The notes under the pieces are model-generated. The model did no database searches. It was not told where the DNA came from and worked only from the letters and a program-made list of their open reading frames with translations. The position numbers and the translations under genes are program-made. DNA of 64,000 nucleotides, taken from Eledone cirrhosa. Lineage: Eukaryota. The stretch covers positions 69,502,001-69,566,000 of the forward strand of contig OZ024746.1 in NCBI GenBank assembly GCA_964016885.1. Reading direction: 5' to 3'. Position 1 is the stretch's first letter. Every line of letters begins with the position of its first letter. This document shows, piece by piece, positions 37,560 to 49,965 of this stretch.

Positions 37560-38090
37560 TCGAATCGTTCTAGGTTGAGCAGCTTTCAACAAGAACAACG
37601 AAGTACTAACATCAAAACGAGTTTCCTATCATTTGAAGGCTAAGATCTTCGATACTTACATCCTACCAGTTGTGTTATATGGTCTTGACTGTGTTAATTG
37701 GACGACAACGTCACTTCAGAAGCTCTCTACACTCCAGAACCACATCATGAGACATGACTGGCAAGCGGCTCAGTGACCCTATCTGTATCAGTGAGCTGCT
37801 TACAAAACTTAGACCAATTACATCAATTATCAAGTCAACAGTACTCAAACTATACAGCCATATAAAAAGATCAACTCGTAGTGTGAGTAGGTTATGCCTG
37901 GAAGGAAGGTTTGCTGGTAAGAGAAGCAGAGGCCGGCAGCCAAAATGATGGCTTGATAATGTCAACTTATGGACTGGACTTGAACTTTGCTCTTTGAACT
38001 ATGCTGCTGGTGATCGAACTTTGTGGAGAGAGATATCACATGTTGATGCGCAGACAATAATTATAATTGATGCGCAGACAATAATTATAA
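37560..38090 (+). mobile_element. RTE LINE 3' fragment (RT C-terminus)
   Basis: ILPVVLYGLDC..W, LKLYSHIKR, LEGRFAGKRSRGRQPK*WLDNV; duplicated tail TTGATGCGCAGACAATAATTATAA. Confidence 0.8.
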
Positions 38091-38093
38091 TAA

Positions 38094-38635
38094 CCAGCAG
38101 AAAAACCACCTTTCGGGTGGTTTTCTGCTAACATGTGTAGTGTGTATATTGATATTATACGCAAGTATATATACATGTAGATATGATACATCAAATAAAA
38201 TCGTAATTGACAATATAAACAGAAATTGAACGAAGACTGTGTTACACTGCCTTATGTAATCAGTAACGTAATCCATGATACATTAAAAAAAGACGATATT
38301 ATATATAAACTGCATTAGGAGAAAATTAGTGACAGAAAATTAGTATGTTTATTTAAGTGATTGCCACCGGAAGTGTTGACATCACACACTCTCTCTTTCT
38401 ATATATATGGTAGTTGAAGTGGTGGTGGTGGCAACGATATGCCGGAAGTGCAACTTTGAAAAGAAGTCAATTTTAAATTATTTAATTTTACGAAATTATT
38501 TTTGTTTACGAAATTTAGTAGATAAATTATGTAATATTCATTAATTATTTATTCAAAGTAATCCAACTTATTTTACTAATGGGATAAACAAAAAACCGTA
38601 CGCAGTCCCGCAGACCTTCTTTATTATAGTTTAGA
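38094..38635 (-). mobile_element. Probable non-autonomous Helitron
   Basis: Minus strand starts TC, ends with hairpin GCAGAAAACCACCC-GAAA-GGTGGTTTTTCTGC then CTGG; inserted between A and T. Confidence 0.5.
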
Positions 38636-38640
38636 TAATG

Positions 38641-38757
38641 ATTTCTAGTATAGACACAAGGCCAGTAATTTAGGGGGATGGGAAAGTCGATTAAATCGAC
38701 CCCAGTGCGTTACTGGTGCTTTATTTTATCGACCCCGAAAGGATGAAAGGCAAAGTT
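38641..38757 (-). mobile_element. Nin/Deu-core SINE, partial
   Basis: Reverse complement of the core. Confidence 0.8.
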
Positions 38758-39073
38758 TCGATGACGTCTCTGGCACCGCTGACCTGGATGACCCAAGCCT
38801 CATCAAGCAAGAACGATAGATTATTTAGGGACAATACTTAAACCAGGCTAATAGACTCAGCATTATAGCAGGGTTAGCACAGTAATAGCAATTTAGAAAC
38901 CGCCATGGATGGAATGAATAATAAAATTAGCCATGGTAAAGCAGGCAGCTCGCAAGTCGAATTAAGCCTTCCGTTTTGTGAGACTGTTACGACTAAGTAG
39001 CAAGGAACCGAAATTTATCAAGTACATAATGAGAATGGAATTAGATTGTACACGCACATACTCACAGATGCAC

Positions 39074-39153
<80 letters not shown>

Positions 39154-39201
39154 CTCTCTCACTCTCTCTCTCGCTCTCGCTCTCTCTCTCTCTCTCTCTC
39201 C

Positions 39202-39255
<54 letters not shown>

Positions 39256-39465
39256 CAGTCGATCGATTTTCGTCAAATCGGACTGAGGAAACAATGTTTC
39301 CGTTGGTCTTTCCAATTGCTAATACTTTCTATCGGTCGCAACTCCAGAGAGAAGGAGTAACGTGAAATAAAGTGTCTTGCTCAAGGACATAATGCATCGC
39401 CCGGTCCAGGCGGACTCACAACCTCACGATTGCGAACCCAATTCTCTAACCACTCAAGCTACGCG

Positions 39466-39825
<360 letters not shown>

Positions 39826-39833
39826 ATATATAT

Positions 39834-40026
39834 ATAGGAACGAGTAGGACCCCGACGGCTGAGCTCAAGCCGTTTCGACGGCTAATTCTGGACTAGAATT
39901 AGCCGTCGAAACGGCTTGAGCTCAGCCGTCGGGGTCCTACTCGTTCCTATTACCCAGTCTACTACCCTAAGTATTGAGTACTTTGGTGCGTTATGGTCCA
40001 TCTGGTTCCTTACCACATTTCCTTCG

Positions 40027-40029
<3 letters not shown>
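39834..40029 (+). mobile_element. Mini fold-back copy of the 63.3-kb hammerhead element
   Basis: Perfect 56-bp arms (39834-39889 and 39895-39950); 39895-40029 matches the reverse complement of 63265-63399; (TA)n on both sides. Confidence 0.85.
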
Positions 40030-40092
<63 letters not shown>

Positions 40093-40465
40093 TTAATGTA
40101 CGGTATATATGTTTTAATGTATATATATATATATGTGTTTTGTTTTAATTTGTGTGAGATAACGAAGTTTCACTTTAAAATAATATATATACTCTGTTAT
40201 ATCATAGTACTTATATTCTTATATTGGTGACACATTCTCTGATAATAAATAAAATTACTGAGAAACCAGGATAGTTACGTCAAGAATTATACATATAAGA
40301 TCAGATAAGATAATATCATGAAAATTCCAGAAAACAGCTCATAAAAGATAAAAAATGTGGCTTAATATTTCGCTTGTTAATCCTTTTTTGGAAGATAAAT
40401 ACAGAGAGAAGAGGGTTTTTTAAGAGAGAGAGAGAGAGAGAGAGATGGAGAGAGAGAGAGAGAGA

Positions 40466-40544
<79 letters not shown>

Positions 40545-40684
40545 AGAATAAATAAGAAGAAGGGAAGATGTGAGGGAAGAAAAAAAAGAAAACGGAGAAA
40601 TTTAGGAAACAGGAAAGAGAGAGAGAAGAAAAATGTGTTTGCTAGTTAGCCGTCTGAGAAATAGCTGTATGTTTAGACTATATA

Positions 40685-40840
40685 GGCGGCGAACTGGCAG
40701 AGTGGTTAGAAGGTCGGATAGAATGCTTTGTGGTATTTGTTCCGGTTCTCTGCTCTCTGAGTTCAAATCCTACCGAGGTCAACTTTGCCTTTCATCCTTT
40801 CGAGGTCGATAAAAAAAAGTACCAGTTTAGTACTGGGTCT
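40685..40840 (+). mobile_element. Nin/Deu-core SINE, diverged
   Basis: GAGTTCAAATCC B box plus core. Confidence 0.75.
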
Positions 40841-41013
40841 ATTCTTCCTCTATATCTCTCTCATTTCTTCTCTCTCACTTTCTATCTTTCTCTGGAAGAA
40901 ATCTGCTGTACTCAGGCCTGGAGAGGGAGGGGCTCCACCAGGCTTAAAATGGCCAAGTGTAGCCGTATGTCAATACGGTGCCCCTACAACTCTAACAGGA
41001 GTAAAGAGAAGCA

Positions 41014-41067
<54 letters not shown>

Positions 41068-41071
<4 letters not shown>

Positions 41072-41453
41072 TAAACGGAATAGAAAATGCTGACAAATTG
41101 TTTACAGTTGAAAAATGGTTTAATTAGGAATAAAAGAGTATTAGTGATTGTATGGGTTAGTATTCAGTTGTGGTTTTAAGTTTTTAAGTTTTTACCGGTT
41201 GCGCATTTCTAAATGCTTTTAACATAAAAACAGGTAGAATTCCCAAAACTAATCAGATCAGAGCAAACAACACGGACACTCTATCTCAAAATTATTTTTG
41301 AAAAGCATTTAGAAATGCGCAACCGGTAAAAACTTAAAAACTTAAAACCACAACTGAATACTAACCCATACAATCACTAATACTCTTTTATTCCTAATTA
41401 AACCATTTTTCAACTGTGAACAATTTGTCAGCATTTTCTATTCCGTTTACCAA
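41068..41453. mobile_element. Fold-back element with 153-bp inverted arms and a hammerhead-like motif
   Basis: 41068-41220 is the reverse complement of 41301-41453; TA flanks. Confidence 0.85.
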
Positions 41454-41488
41454 TATATAATAACTTGTGTGTTACACCTCTATTCTTT

Positions 41489-41559
<71 letters not shown>

Positions 41560-42457
41560 GTGGAATGGAATGCACCTTTCTCTGTTTTGAAAATGAGGGT
41601 TCTAATTGTTCGATCAATGGAACAGTTTGCCAATGCCATTAAGAGTGTAAGTGACTGAGCATTCGAAAGACACATGTACCATTTAACGTAATTCTCAGGG
41701 AGATTCAGCGTGACGCATTGTTTAATAAGAGTGGACTTTTGAAATACACCATACACATCAACCACATCACACCACACACATACGACATCACGCCATACAC
41801 ATGCACCATACACACACGCCCCATATATACACAACACCATACACTCAATCACCGCATCACACATACCCTACACACCACAAACTACACCACACACAAACTA
41901 CCCCACACTCGACACACACACACATACCACATACACACACATCATACACACGTACACCACATCCACCATCCCATGTCACCTTCTCCCCCACCCACCCCCA
42001 CACACAAACCATACCACGCCGCACCACACACACCACATCACGCGCACACCACATCCACCATCCCATGTCACCTTCTCCCCCCCCCCCCCCCACCACACAC
42101 ACAGCACACCACACACACCACACCACACCACACACACACCACACACACCACACCATACACATACATGCTCTCTTCTTGCCAGCTGCCATTTTTTCACGAA
42201 CAGTTATACACCTCAGATTCAATAGTTTATTCAGTGTGTGTATACAAACACAAACACACACTCGCACGCACGCACACGCACACACACACTTGACTATAGT
42301 ATAACACCAAATGTGTAACAACATGTACTAGACTTAAACGGATCCACCTACGCATCGAATGCAGCAGGTTACGACACGTTGATATATATCTATATCTATA
42401 TCTATATATATATACATACATATATACATACATATACATACATATATATATATATAT

Positions 42458-45018
42458 ATTGGTATGATACAAGATGTTAAGATGAGATATTCAATGTGTT
42501 TGTGTTATAATCTATCTCAACTTAAAATAAATATAAGGTGATACCGTGAAGAGGGCAGAAAACAAATAACAAATTGATAAAGAGAAATCAAGATTTAAGA
42601 TTGGAACTTGAAAGTCAGAAATCTGGTAAATTAAAAGTGTTTGTGTTATAGATGTTGGCCAAATTATTATGGCTGTGTCCGATTCTATCTCTAGGCTATC
42701 ATGGTGTCTGCTCCGCCTGGGTTGTTCCCTATGGCTTGAGGGGAGTTCACAACCTAGGGTGTTGTTATTGCCCATATAGCTTGAGGGAGGTCTGGCCGAG
42801 AGGTGTTTTCATGTTCTGTAGAAGTCCCTATAGCTTGAGGGGAGTTCACATCTTCTTGTGTTGCTACTGTCCATATATTTTGAGAAAGGTCCCGGCTCTA
42901 AGGTGTCTGCATGTCCCGAAGAAGTCGGTTCTGAGGTTTATCAGGCCGCTTCCACCTCTTAATATCTCGAGGGTCTCGTTCAGGCATAGTTTGCATATGC
43001 AAGATCCCCCTTTATCGGGTGGTTCTTTCCTGATTATGTACCAGGCCAGAGAGTATGGGGTCCTGTCCAGCTTAAGCTTCCAGATCAGGTCGGAGAGAGC
43101 TGTGCTTTTCCTTTTGGCCTCCTTCTTGAATGAATGGCGATGGTTGTACCAGCGGTCCTTAAAGCTCGTTGATGTGGCTCCTATGTAGAGGTGTTCGGAG
43201 TTGGGGGTTTTAACCCTACAACCGTACTCTATGTTCTTCTTGAGACATTCATTACCAAGGGGGCATGATTCGGGGTTTCTACAGTTGCAGAGGGTGGTCG
43301 GCCTCTGCGTGCCTAGATTAGGGTTCTCATTATGTGTTACATGTTGGTCTTCCCCCATGCTCGGTGGGGGGTCCTTGGGTCTGTTTGTGTTTCTTGGGTG
43401 GGCTCTGGGTCCCCCCTTCCCTCCTTTCACATGGTTCTGCTGAGTGTTTGTATTGCCATCTTCTGGTTGTGTGTGGTTTTTAAGCCTACTTCTGTTGATG
43501 CTAGCTATGTGTTGGGCCAAATTTCTCGTGGTGGAATACGAAAGCTTCACAGTGTGTCTGTTGAAGATCCTGTGGTATCTGTGGTCCCTCGGGAAGCATT
43601 TGTCAAGTGCTCCAAAGAATAATCGGGCCAAGCTTTTCTTTAGGGCCGCTGAGTAGGGTGGGTTGTACCACGTGATTTGTCGGTGTCTCCTCCTATATGT
43701 GTGGGTTGGGGGCTTCGTGATTTGTTAGAGATTTGTTGGTTTGCTGGTGGTTTCCGCACTGTTGCTTCCCTTTTGGGCTCTATACTTTTTGTTATCTTCA
43801 CGGCCCGGATTTGTGGGGTGGTTGTTGTCCGCCCCGGGAGATCCATCGTGGGGTGGTCGCCCGTTCCCCCCCCCCACGTGTCCTGCGGTTGGGGTTGTCC
43901 GTCCTGGGGTAGTTTTAGCATCACGCCTGAGACTGCTACTCATATTGTGCTCCATCTCGTGGTCAAGCGCACTAGTCCCCACCGCCCGTGTGGTGGTGTC
44001 TGGTACATGGTGCCTATTTGATTCTGCTCTGCCTGTATTGTTAGGGTTCGCCCTCCCCCCTCTGGCAACGCGGTTGTGGGTGTCTGTTGGGCTATCCACC
44101 GCCCGGCTTTTCGGACTATATGTTATATTTTGTCCATGTGCCGCCCTCTTTAGAGCTGCGTTGTAATATTCCGCGTGGTTGTTGAATATTTCCTTACTTG
44201 CGGACAGGCTGGAGATCCTGTCCAAGACACTCTTCACCACTGCCTTGGTTATGGATCTAGGGTGGTTTGATTTGGCGTTAACATATACTAGTTTCTCGTT
44301 GGGCTTGTGGTAGGGGTAGTATTGCTCGGTGTTCAGGTTTAGGGTGGTGTCTAGGAAGTTAACTACCTTCCTATTTGGGTCTATTTCTATGCTGAGCCCC
44401 TGGTTCTTAAAGAAATGGCGAATACGCCTCCTCATACCCTCCAACATATTGGTACTGTGGTCATGTACTGTGAATAGAGCATCGTCACGATATAATCCGC
44501 CGCACAGGCAGAGGATTTCATCTTTTATCTGCTTCAGCAGGTAGAGCCCAACCAGGTCCGTTACCTGCGCTGAGTCGCTGGAGCCCATCGTGATGTCAAA
44601 GTTATTTGGCCAATCACTCCTGGTCCAAAGGTCTCCATCGAAGCGGATTAAGGTCTTTCTTGCGGCGTGGATGATGCTCACCTCCTCTCGGGTTAGGTCC
44701 GTATTGGACATCGCTAAAAATAGGGCCTTATTAAGTACTATGGGTGAGATTGAGGAGTAGTAGCCTGCGATGTCCAGTTGTATAAAGCTGGTCCTACTTT
44801 TCTCATGCAGTATTTTGAACCATTCTATTACTTCTCTCGTGCATGACCATTGCTGTAATTTGGTTTTCTTCCGAATTTAATTGTTATTTGTTTTCTGAAT
44901 TTAATTGTTATTTGTTTTCTGCCCTCTTCACTGTATCACCTTATATTTATTTTAAGTTGAGATAGATTATAACACAAACACATTGAATATCTCATCTTAA
45001 CATCTTGTATCATACCAA
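42458..45018 (-). mobile_element. 5'-truncated Penelope-like element (Naiad-like) with inverted 3'-end copy
   Basis: RT-GIY-YIG coding 44876-42864; 42458-42575 inverted at about 44903-45018; left end abuts (TA)n. Confidence 0.9.
42864..44876 (-). pseudogene. Penelope-like RT + GIY-YIG with one in-frame TAA (43725-43727) and one frameshift (about 43635)
   Basis: FIQLDIAGYYSSI, FDITMGS.D.AQVTDLVG, LYRDD, SNHP, WYNPPY, CNCR..CPL..CL, YIGAT, CKLC..E, CRH. Confidence 0.9.
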
Positions 45019-45364
45019 TCTATCCAACATATTCTGACCTTGAGATTGGTTATAGCACACACACACACACACTCTATCCTACATTATTTCTCACTTCTCC
45101 ATATACATTATCATTACTTTTTCACCAATCTCTCATTTACTCTTTATTCTTTATTCTCTATTTATTTATTTATTTTCAAATTACACAAATTATATTAATT
45201 ATTTTATTTTATTATATTATTTATTTATTTTCTGTTTTCTTCATTTATTGCCTTATATTTCTTCATATACATGAAAGAACCTCGCAGGTTGGTTTGGTTA
45301 CTCCGGAGTAGTGTAAAATAAAGTTAAATAAAAGTCAAATGATTAAAATTTAGCTTCGTTTATT

Positions 45365-45419
45365 ACTGCTATATATATTTCAGTGACAGCCATCTTTGGC
45401 TGTGACCTCTTCAGGCAGT
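45365..45419 (-). ncRNA. Minimal type I hammerhead ribozyme, consensus core
   Basis: ACUGC-CUGAAGA-GGUCACAGCCA AAGA UGGCUGUCACU-GAAA-U AUAU A-UA-GCAGU. Confidence 0.85.
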
Positions 45420-45589
45420 TTGAATTAGTATGGTATAGACAAGTACATATGTTGTTTAGGTGTATGATATTGATATGACTCCAGTTCCCCAGTGAATTAA
45501 CAACCCAACAAGGAACTGGGCATATCAGAGTATTGACAATATCATACACCTAAACAACATATGTACTTGTCTATACCATACTAATTCAA

Positions 45590-45644
45590 ACTGCCTGAAG
45601 AGGTCACAGCCAAAGATGGCTGTCACTAAAATATATATAGCAGT
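45590..45644 (+). ncRNA. Hammerhead copy with G12A (45628), probably inactive
   Basis: Same as 45365-45419 but AAAA replaces GAAA. Confidence 0.7.
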
Positions 45645-45871
45645 AATAAACGAAGCTAAATTTTAATCATTTGACTTTTATTTAACTTTATTTTATATAT
45701 ATTTATATATATAAGTATACAAACACACACATTTATATATATACATACACACACGTATATAAATGGGCCTTCCAGTTTCATTTCACATTATATATACATG
45801 TCTGTGTATATTTTAATTACTTAAAAATTATTTAAGTGAACATGATTTTTTAAAAATATTTTGAAGTGAAT

Positions 45872-45900
45872 GTGACCCAACGGGTCACGGGTGGTCTAGT
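45872..45900 (+). mobile_element. Helitron-type 3' terminus
   Basis: Hairpin GTGACCC-AAC-GGGTCAC, 7 nt, then CTAG|T. Confidence 0.55.
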
Positions 45901-46489
45901 TTTATATTAAAACTACTTTTGTAATCTTTTTTATATCAGATTTATTTTCAATGTTTATAGAGCTTCCTGTGTTAAGTAAGATAATCAATATATATGTTTA
46001 TATATATTGATTAAGTCAATTTATAGTATATAATTGCTCCAAATTTTAAATTTCTGGCGCTGCCATATAGGGACTTGGGCTGATTGCTACTTTTAACGCT
46101 CTTTCCTGTAAAATATCTGCCCTTCTGTAGAACGTTAACATTTTAGACACCATGTGCTTTTATTTTGTACGCCCTACCGGGACAGATTGCTAGTTTAGTG
46201 TACAATATGAGATTTATACAGGCAAGACCCGAACCTCACTGATGATGGTCTTGACGATGTTTATTACAAAATTCGATAATTGGTGATTGATACCAATCAT
46301 TAAAATCGATTATAAACTTCGGATTCTGGATTACAAATTCTCGGCCGCTTGAGAATTTATAATCTAAGTGAGTAGATTGAGTAAGGGATGAAGTGGGTGT
46401 GGGCTAGAAGGGTGTGGCAGATATTTGAAAGTATGCTACTGAAATAACTAAATCTGTTTGGATTTGGGTCTCATGCTGCATCAACACTT

Positions 46490-47092
46490 GAAGGTGGCAG
46501 TGGGGAGGTGGTAATGGTGGTGGTGGAGGGGTGGTGGTAGTGGTGGTAATAGTGGTGGTGGTGGTAGTGGTGGGGAGAGATGGTAATGGTGGTAGGGAGG
46601 TGGTAGTGGTGGTGGTGGTGGTGGTGGCGGCGGTGGTGGTAGTGGTGGTAATAGTGGTGGTGGTGGTAGTGGTGGGGAGAGATGGTAATGGTGGTAGGGA
46701 GGTGGTAGTGGTGGTGGTGGTGGTGGCGGCGGTGGTGGTAGTGGTGGTAATAGTGGTGGTGGCGGTAGTGGTGGGGAGAGACGGTAATGGTGGTAGGGAG
46801 GTGGTAGTGGTGGTGGTGGTGGTGGTAGTGGTGGTGGTGTTGGCGGGGATGGTGGCAGTGGCATTGGGGAGATGGTAATGGTGGTGGGGAGGTGGTAGGG
46901 TAGTGGTGGCGGGGAGGTGGTAGTGGTGGTAATGGTGGGGGTGGGGTTAGTGGTGGTGATGGCGGGGAGGTGTTAGTGGTGGTGGTGGAGCTGGCAGGGA
47001 CGTGGTGGTGGTGGTGGTGGTGGTGGTGGTGGAGCAGGCGGATAGGTTGTAGTGGTAGTGGTGGTGGTGGTGGGGAGGTGGTGGTTGTGGTG
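46490..47092. repeat. (GGT/AGT)n tract with a thrice-repeated ~100-bp sub-unit
   Basis: Direct reading. Confidence 0.95.
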
Positions 47093-47383
47093 CAAAATGA
47101 ATGAAAAACAAACAACAAATAAGAAGAGGAAAGAAATGATGTAATAGGCTGCATATACCAGATGTATGTATATGTATATATATGTATGCGTATGTGAGTG
47201 CGTGTGAGTGTGTATGTGTGTGTGTATAAATGTGTGTATGCATGTATGTCGCCCACATGACATGCACCACAGGGTGATAGCAAATATTTTGACAAATAAA
47301 ATTTTACTATAGTGACTATAAATATACTAGGGAGACTAGCAAACTATAGAGGAAATGGGAGAGAGTCATAGTTCTTAATTAAT

Positions 47384-47563
47384 TGTTTCTACGTTTAGCA
47401 CAAGGCCAGAAATTATACAGTACATTACTGGTACTTTATTTTATCGACACCGTAAGGATGAAAGGCAAAGTTAACCTCGGCGGGATTTGAACTCAGATCA
47501 TAAAGGGACGTAACTCTAAGCTTCAAAGCATGGTGTCCGACTCTCTACCGATACTGCCAATCC
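47384..47563 (-). mobile_element. Nin/Deu-core SINE
   Basis: Reverse complement of the 601-784 family. Confidence 0.85.
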
Positions 47564-47616
47564 AATGAACCCCGGTTTACTTTCAATTGGAGCTCAGTGT
47601 TTACACATCATTTTAA

Positions 47617-47772
<156 letters not shown>

Positions 47773-47806
47773 GTGTGTGTGTATATATATATATATACAT
47801 ATATAT

Positions 47807-48437
47807 ATAAATGGAAAAAATGAAATTTCATTTCTCACTCTTAGTACGGCTGATACTTAAATGTAAGTATGTATACGTACATACATATATGTATATAGAC
47901 GTACAGTAGTATGTATATATATACATACATGCACACATATATATATATGTACGTATGGGTTTACCGAACATTTATATAATGCTCGGTTTGTTTTTAAACA
48001 AACAGCCCGTACAGTGTTCGGCAACCATCGCTGTCCTATTTGTTCAACACTGACAAAGGAACGATGAACTAGTTTCTAGCTTATTAGCTGTCATCAGCAC
48101 CGTATACCTTCCGGTCAGTTGATTGAACGTTTGAAAGTATATACTTTCCTTATGCATATTAACGGCTGAGCAGCCTAATTTGCATATCCAGTGAGTTAGT
48201 CGGCCGGGCGTACCGAAAACGATAAATGGAAAAAATGAAATTTCATTCTCACTCTTAGTACGGCTAATACTTAAATATAAGTATGTATACGTACATACAT
48301 ATATGTATATAGACGTACAGTAGTATGTATATATATACATACATCCACACATATATGTACGTATGCGTTTGTTTACAAACAAACCGAGCATTATAATAAA
48401 TGTTCGGTAAACCCATACGTACATATATGTACGTATG
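47807..48437 (-). mobile_element. Retrozyme-like element, second locus (about 1.4 units plus fold-back)
   Basis: Homologous to 61411-63050; hammerhead at 48061-48103; follows a ~185-bp TA tract. Confidence 0.85.
48061..48103 (-). ncRNA. Minimal type I hammerhead ribozyme
   Basis: ACGGUG-CUGAUGA-C AGCU AAUA AGCU A-GAAA-CUAG-UU-CAUCGU. Confidence 0.8.
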
Positions 48438-48651
48438 GAAAAGATGGTATAATCCAGTACAGGGTTTCTGTGAGATCTATATCAGTTATACTGCCTGCTT
48501 AAAATAATAAGCTTTTAGTATAATGATCAAACAAGTTTGTCACTTCTTCAACAGGTATTTTGTTCTACGCCAGCATCACGCAGTGGTATGTAGTAGTAAA
48601 ACCACGTGTGTAACTCTTCATAATACATATATATATATATATATGTATGTA

Positions 48652-48726
<75 letters not shown>

Positions 48727-48751
48727 GTATGTATAGATAGATATATATATA

Positions 48752-49358
48752 TGTCAGGTCACCAGTTGGTGCTACTGGTAACTTGTATCCCAGTACAACC
48801 TGCCCCAGGGTCGGGTCGTTAGCGACTAAACTGGCAACCCCACCAAGGTTTCTTGGTGAGGAGGGTGACTTTGGACATCCTGCAGGACTAAAAACAAAAC
48901 TTGTCAAAGGGCAAAGGAGCTCTTAAGAGTCAATGGCCATCCAAAATCACCGGGAGAGATGACCCCTTAGCCTTTGTCAAGGCAGAATTCTAGGCGAAGG
49001 ATAACTCTGATATAACACCTGCAACTCTGATGGTATCCAAGGATATTGACTTGTTCTTCTTTTTGGTAAATATCATCTTGGTTAAGAGAGTGGGACTGGC
49101 TTTGTGCAGTGCCTTTGCTCACTATAAAAGCTTCACGGCACAGGCATTGCTTTATATCTGGAGATCTCTCTGCACTTGTCGTCACATGGTACCATGGGCC
49201 CAGCACTATGTGTCAGTAATTGTCACAAGTGTAGTGTTTGTACCAAAGTTTTTAAGTCGGTGGCTGGACTAAAAAGTCACACTCGTTCAGCGGATCGGTG
49301 GGGGTTCTCCTACATGGATATAAAGTAGTGGCCGTACTCGAAAACGAGTTGGCAGCTA

Positions 49359-49361
<3 letters not shown>
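48752..49361 (+). mobile_element. Non-coding RTE-5'UTR-like repeat between TA tracts
   Basis: Shares about 400 bp and its 3' end with 35119-35508. Confidence 0.65.
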
Positions 49362-49413
<52 letters not shown>

Positions 49414-49427
49414 TACTTGGGGAGGGT

Positions 49428-49965
49428 CATATTTGTGTAATATTGCCAGAATTAATAACAGAACACACTCACTGTTTGGTTGGTTTTCGCTTCTCGCTGT
49501 CTTTTATATCTGCGATCTAACTTACTCGGTCCTCAATGTTGCCATTGACTGACCGACGGTCAAAAATGATACAGATACAATATAGACACAAACACATATA
49601 TATAGTTTACATAATTTACATAAATCTTTCGTTGCACATCTGCAACATCGTCAGTGGTGTTATATTTTTTCCTCCTGTTGTGTTGTATGTCTACGCCATT
49701 TTTTATTCAGTCTGTCTATATATTTATTTATTTATTTGCTTGTTTGTTTATTTTATTTTGTCTTCTTTGCGCATGCGTTTTTGACCGTCGGTCAGTCAAT
49801 GGCAACATTGAGGACCGAGTAAGTTAGATCGCAGATATAAAAGACAGCGAGAAGCGAAAACCAACCAAACAGTGAGTGTGTTCTGTTATTAATTCTGGCA
49901 ATATTACACAAATATGCACACGCAAACGCATGCGCAAAGAAGACAAAATAAAATGAACAAACAAG
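49428..49965. repeat. Interleaved inverted repeats (A..B A' B')
   Basis: 49428-49566 vs 49778-49916 (139 bp); 49739-49780 vs 49924-49965 (42 bp). Confidence 0.85.

Larger units (their letters stand above)
45314..45695. mobile_element. Fold-back element with 159-bp arms, each with a hammerhead (solo inverted pLTR pair)
   Basis: 45314-45472 is the reverse complement of 45537-45695 with one mismatch seen; TA-rich right flank. Confidence 0.88.

Noticed and set aside
38096-38128. Rho-independent terminator-like hairpin
   Set aside because: Eukaryotic context; better explained as a Helitron 3' hairpin.
48752-48840. HDV-like ribozyme at the 5' end of the RTE-like repeat
   Set aside because: GTA-TCCCAG-TAC and CTAA look suggestive, but I could not place P1, P1.1 and P2 consistently; needs a descriptor search.
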